A stretch of DNA of 64,000 nt, from assembly GCA_000091205.1 (NCBI GenBank), contig AP006502.2; one strand, given 5' to 3'. This stretch comes from Cyanidioschyzon merolae (lineage: Eukaryota). This document shows positions 36,520 through 47,700 of the stretch, in pieces (the first letter of the stretch is position 1; each line of letters begins with the position of its first letter). Under the pieces are notes generated by a model. The model saw only the letters and a list, made by a program, of their open reading frames with translations. It searched no databases and had not been told where the DNA came from. The position numbers and the translations under genes are program-made.

Positions 36520-37504
36520 TTTTTTACGCAGCTTGAGCGTCAAATCGAATACGGTATTACAGAACACCCCAAGGGTCGATAGCGTAAGTAACGCTTCGAA
36601 CGGAATCGCTCGAGGTCGGATGCGTTCGAGAGATTTGCCCGCGCATCTGGCGTCGCGATCTCCGCGTTGGACCTCCGGAAGATTCCCTGCGAAGCGCTGC
36701 GATACCCGTTACATGTTCTTTTGCGTGGACGAAACGTTACCATTGATGCGGGGTGTCGGCCTGCAGGCTGCGTACGGGTAATCGAGAAGGCGTCTATCAT
36801 GCAGCGCGCTGCGTTCAAGTTCCACGGTTCATAATTTCCTCTGTAATATTCAGGTCATTGCTTGCGTGCGATCGGGTGCAGAATACCTGCCTTGCTGCTC
36901 TCGACACAGTATCTATACCGGTGGTGCGGTTGCAGCACGGAGACAGACGGGCTCGGCCGCACCACAGAGGGCGTCGGCTCGAGGAATGCTTCCATCGATA
37001 AGGAATCGGGACTCATGATCATTCTGGGAGTCTGCACGCTGCCCAGATAGACGCACAGACTGCAACAGCGCGAAGCAAGTCGCTGCGTGATCAGTGCACC
37101 AGGGCGAAGCTCGGACGCATTTTACCCTGTGCTAGTCTTTGGATACACTGCGTTGCGCACAAGCCGCTCAGGTCTCGCCACAGCACCCGGCACTGCTGAC
37201 GCACACAGAGCGCTCGTCCAGCAGACTCTAGTAGACTCATCCGGATCGCGAGGCCTTCCTCCTAGAAGGTAAACGTACGAGACCACGGAGATTGCTTCCC
37301 CTTTTCAACGTTTACCGTAGAGATGGAACGAAATTCGTACCGAGTAGCTGGTTCGTAGTCCGTTTCCCTTGCTTTTACCGATCGTGTTGCATCCTGAGAA
37401 GATGCGCTGTCGCCGCCGCCTTTAATGCCGCTGGGCGGATGTTTGAAGCGCATGGCTCGCTTCTGCAGTAATCGCTGTGACGAAAGCGTTGCTCTCCTGT
37501 ATCT

Positions 37505-37875
37505 TTAGACAAAGGACCCGCGATCCCTAGAGGTGGCTATTGCCGTGTTGCACACTCCCTAGGCAAAGCTTGTCTGATCTGAATATATACGCAAAGGATC
37601 CGCGATCCTTAAGGGTGGCTATTGCCGTGTTGCACACTCCCTAGGCAAAGCTTGTCTGATCTGAATATATACGCAAAGGATCCGCGATCCCTAAAGGGTG
37701 GCTATTGTCGTGTTGCACACTCCCTAGGCAAAGCTTGTCTGATCTGAATATATACGCAAAGGATCCGCGATCCCTAAAGGGTGGCTATTGCCGTGTTGCA
37801 CACTCCCTAGGCAAAGCTTGTCTGATCTGAATATATACGCAAAGGATCCGCGATCCCTAAAGGTGGCCACTTTAG
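37505..37875. repeat. 83-bp minisatellite, ~4.4 tandem copies, about 150 bp upstream of the Pol5-like gene
   Basis: The unit caaaggatccgcgatccctaaagggtggctattgccgtgttgcacactccctaggcaaagcttgtctgatctgaatatatacg repeats with a few substitutions or indels. Confidence 0.9.
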
Positions 37876-38029
37876 CGTCATACTTTCCCTTAGCAAATCG
37901 TTTCGATCGATACCCGTCGCCGTCCGCACACGTCTTTTCGCACGCGAGGCTCCCTGTGCTGCTCCGGTGCAAGGTGCAACCTTTGCGCTTGTGCCGGACT
38001 CGTTGACGAAGTTGTGTGGGTGTCCGGAT

Positions 38030-41000
38030 ATGTCGACGCTCGCCGAGGTGAAGCAGGCGCTTTGGGAGCTGCTTTCCGCGGACGCGGACGTGCGGTGTCG
38101 TGCGGCGTCCACGATTTTGCAAGGCAGTTTGCACTTGCCCGATGAGGATTTCGCGTATACTTGCAGGCGTTTGGTTGCTGGTCTCGTATCATCAGTGCAG
38201 GGTGCTCGCGAAGGGTTCAGCCTCGCGCTCTGCGCTTGTCTACGGCAGCTGCGTGCGGCTGAGGTAGAAGCGACCGGGCACCGGCGACAAGCGCTTATCC
38301 TGGACGCATTGCATCGCGCTTACGATCTTGAAGGCGTACCTACGACATCAGATCCACTCCAGAACGTGAAACATGTCGGTGATGCGCGCGAAATAGCCCT
38401 CGCACGCCTGTTCGCACTGGGTGCTGTACTCGGCTCATGGGAGCCGTCGCACTGCGAGTCCTTGCCGCCGCTGCAGCTGGGCGGCATTCTTGAGGTTCTA
38501 GCGCATATCGCTGATCAGGATACGAAAAACTTTGCGGAAGCGTGTGGGCGTCTTGCCTGCGAGGCAGTGGCAAAACTTTGTGTCGATCGCTCCCTGTTCC
38601 GTGCAGGTTCAGGCGCACGTGCAGCAGTTCTGCGATACTGGAAACGCCGGCAACGACAGGGCCGTCCGACGCTTGATGCGCTTGCGGTCATGCTTTTCTG
38701 TCGAAATCGGTACACGCTGCGAGCCAGTGAAGCGGACTGTCCGCTCTGGGGCCAGGAATCGCCTTGCCGGAGCCCAGAGCTTCTCCGCAGGTACGTTGTA
38801 CCCGTGATCGAGGACCTGTCAACCGAGCATTCTCCAGTGATGCCACGTGCTTTTGATCTGCTTCTAGCAGAAATGGATGCCGATGTCACGCCTTCTGATG
38901 ATGGAAATGCTCCTGCTCGGAAACGTCATCGCAGTGGAGACAGCTCGAAAGCCGCGTGGATCATGCTTTACGAGCAGGTCGTGGCGCCGCACTTATTCTC
39001 CAGCAAGCATCCAGCGCATGTAGCGCTGGCGCTGCGGCTCTGCATGAAGGCTCTGCAAATTGCCGCGAGCTCGCCTTGCGTCCAAGCGCAAGACTGGCGT
39101 GCTATGCTCGCTCACGACGACTGGAATGAGCACCTTTGGAACGTTTCACCGCTTCATCGCAAGCACGCTCATGACCTGGAGCCGCTGCTCAAGGCGTTGA
39201 CGGATGCGCTTGTAGCGCTACTTGGCAGACGATGTCCACTGAGCACATCTCTGGCGGAAATCTTGTGGGAGAAGGAGCTGCAGCGAGCGCGGGGTGAACA
39301 CCAAGGGTCCCCAGCCGTTGTTGTCTTAGAGGCTGCCGCTCGCCATCTACGTGCGACCGAGCTGGCTCGAATGGTCAGGTCGTCGGTCGACCTGACGAAG
39401 CTCCCGTTACTCGTTCGTGGATGGAACGAGAGCCTTCGCCGTGGTGCAGCTGCCGAGCGCACCGAATGTTCGCATAAGGTTCTGGCACTGCTTGACTCCC
39501 TGGCTGCTCTGATTGAATCGGGTTCGTCTTCAAGGCTTGAGCGACAGCATTGGCGAGGTCCACTGTTCAGTGTCGCAGCGTTCATCGCAACCTGGTCTGA
39601 ATACGCTGCGAACGAGCCCGTGCCTGACTGGCTTGGAAGTATGAGATCTCTGCTTGGGTGTATGCAACGGAAAGCGCAGCCCGAGTCCGAACGTGCTCTA
39701 TGTGTATGTACTGCACACCTGGAAAGCCTTGCCGCGCTGTCGGAACACCGCGCAAGTCGCCTCGCGCTTCTCACGCTGGCCTTGGTTCTCATTGTAGCGG
39801 TGTCAGCGTGGAGTGCGCCTTCACCATCGCCAAAGAAGGGGGCACAGCGGACGCCCAGCGAGCCCTCTGACCTGATTTTGCATCATTGCGTACCATTCCT
39901 GGACCGCTGCATCGAGCATTTGCGGACTCCAGGTCTAGACGGCGACATGTTCGAGATCGAGCTCACGCGCCTCTGCTTGCAGTTGCTTCGTCTCGACGAC
40001 AGTGGCGTGCGGAGTGCTGTCGACGTGATTTTTGCTTCTATGATAGCTTCGACGCAGCAGACTGCGGCAGTGCTTCGAGTGGTACTGGGTGAGCTCCCTG
40101 GTCTTGCCGATCAGGACGACACAAGCACCGATGATCTTGATGATGCCGAGGCAGACCTGCGCTCAAGCTCGAGCGAGAGCGATGCGCCTAGCATCAGCGC
40201 TGACGAGGCCACGACGGATGCCTCGGATACCTCGGATGCCTCGGATGTGGAATCTAGCCGCCCGCAGGTCGACCTCCAGGCGGATCTCGAGTTGGATATG
40301 GATGAGGAGGAGCCGGCAGTGCTTGCGGCATACGATGCGCAACTGGTGGCTGCTCTAAAACCCCTCGTTGGGGAGCGACGACGAACAAGCCAGTTGTCGG
40401 CTTCAAACGCCGCGGAGAGGTTGCGGGAAAATGCCTTCCACCACCGGGTCTTGGACCTGGTCCAGATCGCGATTCGGTATCAGACTCGTGCTGCAGGTTT
40501 CGCACCGGTAACGCTCATGGATCTGCTGGGTGCGCTTCATCATGCTGCAGACTTTATCGCTGAGACCCAGGGTACCGACGCGGCCTTATACACAAGGCTC
40601 GTTCACGGAGTTCTTGGTCGCACGCAACGAGCAGCAGCAGCAGCATCCCAGGTGGTCGAAGCAGCGCACGAGCGTGCGTTCCTCGAGTCTTTCCAAAACC
40701 TACTGGAACAGGTCGTAGCGCTGGCAACCGCGAGACCGCACGCCGTACGCTTTACCGAACACGACGCAGTGGCACTGCATGCGGGTATTCGGCTGGCGTT
40801 GCAAGCTGCACGTTCAGCGCAAGCCTCTACCCGGATGGTGGAGCTGTTGTCTAGCGCGCTCTTGCAACCGATCCTGAATCACTATCTCACTACCCGGGGT
40901 CGCGTCGTTTCCGCTGAACCACAGAAGCGCAGTTCGATTGCTGTTTCGAGTCTAGTGACATTTCTGGGTGATTTGGGCCGACGCATGCCTGCTGTCTTCG

Positions 41001-41476
41001 CTTGTCCGATTCTGGAAGCGCTGCACGGAATGCTCGCCAACGCCCAGGCCATGCAGCAGGACGGCAGGCACGGGCTCCGCTCACATGCACTTCTCGAATG
41101 CTGGGCAGTGGTGCTGCCTCTGGCAACCAGCATGCCGACGGTAGCGTTCCTCAGTGTGGAACGGCGCTTACCGATTCTCGAACGCTGGATCGAGGCGATA
41201 GCAGCATGGAACCTGGGTAGTGCTGGTCAGCGCAAGCTACTGAAACTCAGTCAACCGTTTCTCCGTCAGTTGGCGAAAGACCTGAACACACTTACATCTT
41301 CCGCAGAGCGCGATACCTATCGGTGTCGGATTCGGTGCCTTGTCGAAAGTAAGCTCCAGGTTTTGGCGCTAGGCAATGCGGCAGGGTCGAAACAGCGCGA
41401 GCTGCTCGACCAGGTCCTGCAGACGTGCTGCAACAGTGTCGCTCAGGTCGCTGGATCCGTCCGTGCGATCTCTTGA
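38030..41476 (+). CDS. DNA polymerase phi / Pol5 / MYBBP1A-family nucleolar protein
   Basis: The N-terminus LHLPDEDFAYTCRRLVAGLVSSVQGAREGFSLALCACL matches the yeast Pol5 LPDDAEEWSYVLNRLIKGLSSDRNSARLGFSLCLTEV block. It is a long helical (ARM/HEAT-like) protein with an acidic D/E/S-rich insert (DDTSTDDLDDAEADL ... SDASDVESS). The track start at 37967 is GTG; the first ATG is at 38030. Confidence 0.7.
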   Translation: MSTLAEVKQALWELLSADADVRCRAASTILQGSLHLPDEDFAYTCRRLVAGLVSSVQGAREGFSLALCACLRQLRAAEVEATGHRRQALILDALHRAYDLEGVPTTSDPLQNVKHVGDAREIALARLFALGAVLGSWEPSHCESLPPLQLGGILEVLAHIADQDTKNFAEACGRLACEAVAKLCVDRSLFRAGSGARAAVLRYWKRRQRQGRPTLDALAVMLFCRNRYTLRASEADCPLWGQESPCRSPELLRRYVVPVIEDLSTEHSPVMPRAFDLLLAEMDADVTPSDDGNAPARKRHRSGDSSKAAWIMLYEQVVAPHLFSSKHPAHVALALRLCMKALQIAASSPCVQAQDWRAMLAHDDWNEHLWNVSPLHRKHAHDLEPLLKALTDALVALLGRRCPLSTSLAEILWEKELQRARGEHQGSPAVVVLEAAARHLRATELARMVRSSVDLTKLPLLVRGWNESLRRGAAAERTECSHKVLALLDSLAALIESGSSSRLERQHWRGPLFSVAAFIATWSEYAANEPVPDWLGSMRSLLGCMQRKAQPESERALCVCTAHLESLAALSEHRASRLALLTLALVLIVAVSAWSAPSPSPKKGAQRTPSEPSDLILHHCVPFLDRCIEHLRTPGLDGDMFEIELTRLCLQLLRLDDSGVRSAVDVIFASMIASTQQTAAVLRVVLGELPGLADQDDTSTDDLDDAEADLRSSSSESDAPSISADEATTDASDTSDASDVESSRPQVDLQADLELDMDEEEPAVLAAYDAQLVAALKPLVGERRRTSQLSASNAAERLRENAFHHRVLDLVQIAIRYQTRAAGFAPVTLMDLLGALHHAADFIAETQGTDAALYTRLVHGVLGRTQRAAAAASQVVEAAHERAFLESFQNLLEQVVALATARPHAVRFTEHDAVALHAGIRLALQAARSAQASTRMVELLSSALLQPILNHYLTTRGRVVSAEPQKRSSIAVSSLVTFLGDLGRRMPAVFACPILEALHGMLANAQAMQQDGRHGLRSHALLECWAVVLPLATSMPTVAFLSVERRLPILERWIEAIAAWNLGSAGQRKLLKLSQPFLRQLAKDLNTLTSSAERDTYRCRIRCLVESKLQVLALGNAAGSKQRELLDQVLQTCCNSVAQVAGSVRAIS

Positions 41477-41741
41477 CACAAGGGGACGCACCCAAAACCT
41501 GACGAATGCGCATGCGGTGTCGGAAAGGCAGCGCCTAGGACGTCCAGCAAGTGTTGACGGAGGCCGCCTGCTCGCTTGCAGCATCGCCTGCGTTCCCTGA
41601 TCAACATACAGCTTTCTAAAGGACTCCTGGAGCAGGCGTCTGCAGTGCGGACGATACAGCCGGGTCTACAGTGGATGCTCCGAGGCGTGCTCCAAGCTTC
41701 GCTTGGGCATCTCTTGTTGGAACCTGGATCCTAGGATCCGT

Positions 41742-44700
41742 TTATGGTTGGAGAAGCTTGCGTAAGCGCTCCTTGTAGGCGTTGCATTCCATTTCCATTT
41801 CTGCGAGGCAGATAAGGAGCTCGTTGTGTTCTTCTCGAAGACGCCAAAGCTCCGCCTCCATGTCCGCAGCGCGCGGATCCACGTGGACTTGTGTGGCGTC
41901 CTGCTCTTGCTCCTGCGCTTTCACCACTGCCGCACCTGTTGCTGGTACTGCTGCTGATGCTGTTGCGAAAGCTGACGACGGCAACCAGGCGTGCTGCGAG
42001 CTGTCAGCACCGGATGCGTCCAGCTCGTTGACGTGCGTTGCTCGCCAGGGTTGCTGTGGTTGCGCCCGCTTGTCGTGGTGGTGCTGCTCGGCGAGTTGCT
42101 TGCGCAGCAACATGTTCTCATCGTGCACCATTTCGACTGCGCTGGCAAGTCGTGACTCGCGGGCAATGAGTTCCTCGATCTGTTTCTCTAGTTGCGCGAT
42201 GAGGTCGCGCTGTGCAGCTGCACTGCTTGGCAACTCTGCCGCCGTCTCCATATGCTGGCTGTGGCTCCCTCTGGTATCGTCGGATGGATGCGCTGGCTCC
42301 AGTCGGGGCAGGTTCGTGTCGGTGAGCGCTTCTCGTGAAGATACCTGGTCGTCGCCGTTGTCGTCGTCGTCGTCGTCGTCGTCGTTGGGTGTCCCAGCAA
42401 GCACGCTGGCACGAGTTCCAGAGGCATTTGGATGCTGGGCGTGCTCCCATGCTGCCAAGCGTGCGCGTAGGGCGCTGATACAGGTCTGAAGACGAATGTT
42501 CTCTTGGCGAAGATCGCCGCTCGCCATGCGTTCTTTCACGAGAGAGCGCTGTAGCGCATCGACGGACGCTGGATCCGCTGCTGGGCCGTCCACATCATAT
42601 GAAGCGCTGGAATCGTTTTCGGGACTTGCTCGGTACTGGGTTGTTTCTGGCGCTGATGCTTCGTCGAACGCGCGCTTGTGCGATGACGCAAGCGCAATCG
42701 TGCGCAGGTGTTCGATCTCTTCCTCGAGTTCCTGGAGGACTTGTTCATGGACCCGCATCATTTCACGCATACTGGCCTCGTGCCTAGATTCAAGTTCAGC
42801 TAACTGCCGTTCATAGGCATCGCGGACAAGTTGTACTTGATGGGTATGCTGCTCTCCAGCGAACGCTTTGTCAGCCCTGATCGCTGACTCGGCGTGATCA
42901 TCATCATCATCATGATCGTCATCGCCATCGTTATCATCGGGGTCGTGCTCACCATGCATCGCTAGCACCGCAGGAACTGGCTGCGGTGAGCGCTCGTTGC
43001 GCCTCGCCTCCGAGTCTGCGACTTGTTCGGTACCCGTAGCACCAGCTGATAGGATGACAGCGCGGATTTGCGCCTGGAGGTTGTCAAACTCAAGTTCACA
43101 TTCTTGCAATGTTGCCTGCTGATCAGTGAGCATATCAAGCTGCCGGTCGATTATGGCGAATTGCTTATCCCTCCAGAAGTGAACGGTCGACGCACATGCA
43201 CTGACCTCGGATGCGGTCGCGTCTATCACTCCAGTGATCTGATCCGTAAGCGCTCGTCTCCATCGATGATGCTCCGCTTCGATCATATGGATGCGAGCAC
43301 AGAGTGCTTCCTGTTGCTCCTCAGCGGTAGCCAGTCTCTGGTTGGTCTGGTGAAGCTCCGCTACGCACTCATCGTGCGCAAGCTGAGTCTCGGCGTGCTC
43401 CGCGAGTACTCGGTCCAGCTGCGATTGCAGTTCGTGGCTGATTTCCTCGTACTGCTTTTCCGCCGCCAGTGCTTCTTCACGCTCCAGGCCGAGGGCATTT
43501 TGCAAGTTCTGCACTTGACTCTGTAGGTGCTGTACTTGGTCTTCTCGAGATGCAAGCGTTTCTTGCAAGAGTAAAACCTGAGCGCTAAGTTCCTCCAATT
43601 CAGCATCGCGCGTTTCGCTTTTGGATTCGAGCTCGCGATTTCTCGCTTCCAGTTCAGCAAGTTTCTCCCTATCCGCCTGGGCCTGTTCTAAAGAGATTTC
43701 CAACTCCCGTCGTTCACTCTCAAGCTCTTCGCACCTTCGCGTGATCGTTCGCATGGAATCCTCCAGATCCTCGAGCCGGCGGCGGTCTCTGGTAGCCGCA
43801 GTCAACGCTTCTTCGTATTCCTCGATGCGAGTCTGGTAGAGCTGCACCAGCTCCTCGAGTCTCTGTAGCTCTGCAGTTTGTCCGTCGCAGTCTGCATGCT
43901 GCTCTCTGAGCACAGTGAAGCTGTGGGAAACCTGCGCTAGATCTTCCTCCAGAGACCGGATACGCGAGTTCAACAACGCCTTCTCATGTACGTGAGCATC
44001 CAGTTCGGATTTCAGATTTGTGCATGTTTCCTGAACACTTTCGAGACGACTTGCATGCTCCAGCAGAGAGTCTCGTTCGTCACAGACGTTTCGATATTGG
44101 GTTTCGAGTTCTGCGAGTTGCGTTTGCGCTGCTTGCTGGGCTGCTACCGCATGCCCGAGAGACGCGCATTCGCTCCGAAGCCTGTCTCGTTCGTCACAGA
44201 CGTTTCGATATTGGGTTTCGAGTTCTGCGAGTTGCGTTTGCGCTGCTTGCTGGGCTGCTACCGCATGCCCGAGAGACGCGCATTCGCTCCGAAGCCTGTC
44301 TCGCTCGTCACAGACGCTTCGATACTGGGTTTCGAGTTCTGCGAGTTGCGTTTCAGACCGACGCAATTCCGCAAATGCATCCTCTAAACGCTGCCAGGAT
44401 CCAACAGCATGCGAGACAGGCCCTGCCTCGGCATACCCAGGCTTCAGATATCCAAACAGTTTCACCGCAGCGTCCTTGAGCGCACCCAGCGCAAGCCCTT
44501 TAATCAGTATCTCTTCCAGTATCAAAACCTCTACCCTGAACGCACCATAACCAGCAGCACGCTCCCGAGCGATTGCCTGATTCTTTCGCAAGGCATAAGC
44601 GAATAGTTCGGGAAGCGCCTCCAAGGGCGCAACACACGTCCCTACCTCTGGTGCAGTGCAGGCACCGACCGTCGTGCGCTGCAGCGTCATCTTCGCTTCT

Positions 44701-47700
44701 GCACTCCCGGACAGCACCACAGATGCATCGCTGCCACGCGGGATATGTGCTGGCAGGATTGCGCTACACCGCCAGATGCGGGTACACAATGTATCCACGC
44801 GAGCCTCCATGGAGCGCAACGAGGCCAACACATGGACTAGGTCTCCATCGAAGCGATTGGACAGGTTGTGCAGGGCATCGAGGGCGATGCTGAGACGCCC
44901 ACTTGCTGTCGTACCAGCAGCGAGCGCATTCGCCGGTGCAACCTCGCACCGCAAACTGTCCCCTGTTACCCAACGATCGATGAGTGCATCTGGAGGTTGA
45001 TCAGCACTCGGCACACGCCCAGATACCACCATTGATGCGACTTGGGCTGCTCGTTCACCGCTCACACGAGACGCTGCCTCGAGCTCCGATTCACTGGGCT
45101 GCAGAGCGGCAAGCACATCTGTTTGCGTGCCCGTCGAGGCCACGTCAGGTCGCTGGTGCTGGTCGTGCGTCGTCACCCGCTCTGCCGCTGAACGCAACGA
45201 CGCCAGTTCCGTGCGCAGCGTATCACGTTCCTGTTCAAGTCGAATAACCTGTTCTTCAAGGATTTGCTGTGTTTCATAGGCATCTTCTTCGGATCGTTCC
45301 AACATTTTCTGCAGTGAAACAAGTTGGGTTTCGAGGTCCGCGATACGTTGCTCTCGGGAGCCTGCGTCGATAGCAGGGTCGAACGATGTATCTGCTCGCA
45401 GTACGGTAGCGAATCGATCCTCGCTCGAAGAACGCAGAGGCGGTGCCTCACTCGCAGGATAGCGCGGACTTGCGGAGCCGCTGCCGCTAGCGTCTTCAGC
45501 GGCACTTTCGATCACTGCATCTGAGGGTGCCCCGTCAGCCCCAGTATTCGTACGATTTTGGGACTGGATGTAGTCCTCGAGCGCTCGCAACCGCTCTCGC
45601 AAGTGCGCATTCTCGATTCGCACGAGTTCCGATGCGCTATCCTCGCCTCGCTCTGCATCCTCGAACTGGTTCAGGAGAATCATCAACCGCTCATTCTTCT
45701 GCCGTTCTTCGGCGAGTGCGCGTTCCAATATCCTGACATCAGTGATATCGCATGCTGACGACTCTGACGTCTCGTCGATGTACGCGTGCGCTTCGTTGCT
45801 TCGGAAATGATCCGCAGTCGTTCGCTCCGCGGGATCGCGGAAAACTCCACTATGCACGTGCTGTGCTGGCAGAACGCTCGACCCGTCATCGACGTGTGCA
45901 CCAGCGTTCCTCAGTTGCTCGTTCTCTAGGGCGAGCGCTTCGCACGCTTTCGATATCGACTCCACATCGCGCTGGCGGCTCTGTAATGCCTGCTCCAGCG
46001 ACGCCACCTGTTCCGTTAGTCGCCGTACCAAATCCTCGCGCTCAGTTAACTGGTCACGAACGAGCCTCAGTTCCTCCCTAAAACGCGACTCTGAGCCGCG
46101 CAGAAGCGAATCTGCATAATCCTGACTCTCACGAAGGCTCCTGCGGAGCATTTCAACTTCTTCTTTGGATGCCAACAGCGCCTCGTCTTGTTTTCGAATC
46201 ATTCTTTTGTATTCGTCGAGCTGAGCCACCATATCCTCGAGTTCTCGGATTCGCATCTGCATGGCTCGAATCTCATTTGATGATTTGTTTGTGGTGTCAT
46301 CGAAGTGCCGGTTATCGATAGATAACGAGCCGGGCGTCGCAAACTCCTTTGCGTTTCGAGGTGACGCACTCACCCCAACCTCAGCGGACTTGAGAGTCGA
46401 GCCCTGCATCTCGGTATCAGAAGGCGGAACCTCTTGCTCCACATACTCGTGAAGAAGGCGTTTTTGGACGCAGTCATATACAGGCTCCATAATGGAGACA
46501 AGTTCTTGAGGAAAGATATACATATGTCCAAGTTCTTCAACTAGACCAGATCCTTGACGGGATTCGGTCGTCAAGACGCCTCTCGCGAAGCGTTGTTCCA
46601 GCAGCAGTCCAGGAGAGCCCGTGATCGCCGCTGCAAAGTATGCCGACGCTCGCACATCATCCAAGTAAGAAGCAAAGCGCATCAGTCCAATGCGTTTCCG
46701 CACAATACCGACCAGGGTTCTTGGCGATATCACCAGCGATTCCGCTTCTGCACACTCGAGTTCCATGCACTCGGCGATCGCCAGCGCTGCGAGGCCGCGG
46801 ATATGCACGAAGAGCATACCTTCAGCACGGCTTCCCGACGATGAGACCAGGTCCATCAGCAGCGGCACATTCAGCGGTGTGGACAAGAACTTTTGGCGTG
46901 CTCTGTCTGAAACATACAGCCAACAGCACAGGAGCAGCAACAGCGCTAGTCGCACTAATGGAGGACTGTTTTCGCGCACCGCACGCCCCAACGTACGCAG
47001 CAGCTTCATAAACAGAGGCTCACCTGCTGAGCATTCGCCCGTGAGCGCACCAGCACCTAGGACGACACGATATCTAGATACTGGCATCAGCAGCGGGTCC
47101 TGGTCGGCCACCGATGAACCCTGAGCACAGCAGCGTACCATCCACGACGCCAACAGCGAGCACGCGTACAATACAGCAGCTGGGTCAGCTTCATCGGGCC
47201 AGCCGACAGCAACACCCAGCAGTTCAGAGACAACGCGCTGGAGCGCATGAGCAGTGCGTTCATCGATCGATTCGACGTCCTTCAATACTTCGGAAGCGTG
47301 CGGATTACTGGAGGCGGGATCGACGGCACCACAAGTCTGACGCTTGTCTGCCAACATCCAGGTGAACCAGCACAAGCCTGATTCGCTTTCCAGCCATACC
47401 ATAGAAAGAAAGCAGAACGCTGCTGCTCGCAGCTCCTGTGATGCGTGCTCCGTCATCATGTCCAACACGAATGCAAGAAAAAGCGTATGCACCTCTTTCC
47501 CGTTTGGTGCCCGGCTGGTACGTGCTTGGCTGGAATCATCGACTTCAGCGACAACAACCCAAAGTCCATGCAAGAATGATAGGGTCGCGACGTGATCTCG
47601 AGACAGGCGGCCTAAAGTCAGAAGACCTTGGACAACGACGGCGTCCGCGTTGCGAGCACTACAAATCAAGCGCGCGATGCTCTCTGTAACACCGTAATGG

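Noticed and set aside
37967-38029. ORF-track start codons at 37967 (Pol5-like), 29281, 49916, 52925 (RSH), 60616 (RPS5), 36567 and 32154 (COPB2)
   Set aside because: Checking the DNA shows these are GTG or TTG codons shown as M by the ORF finder. For a eukaryotic nuclear gene I moved the start to the first in-frame ATG; for COPB2, RPS5, DNAJB12-like and Pol5-like this is also where homology begins.
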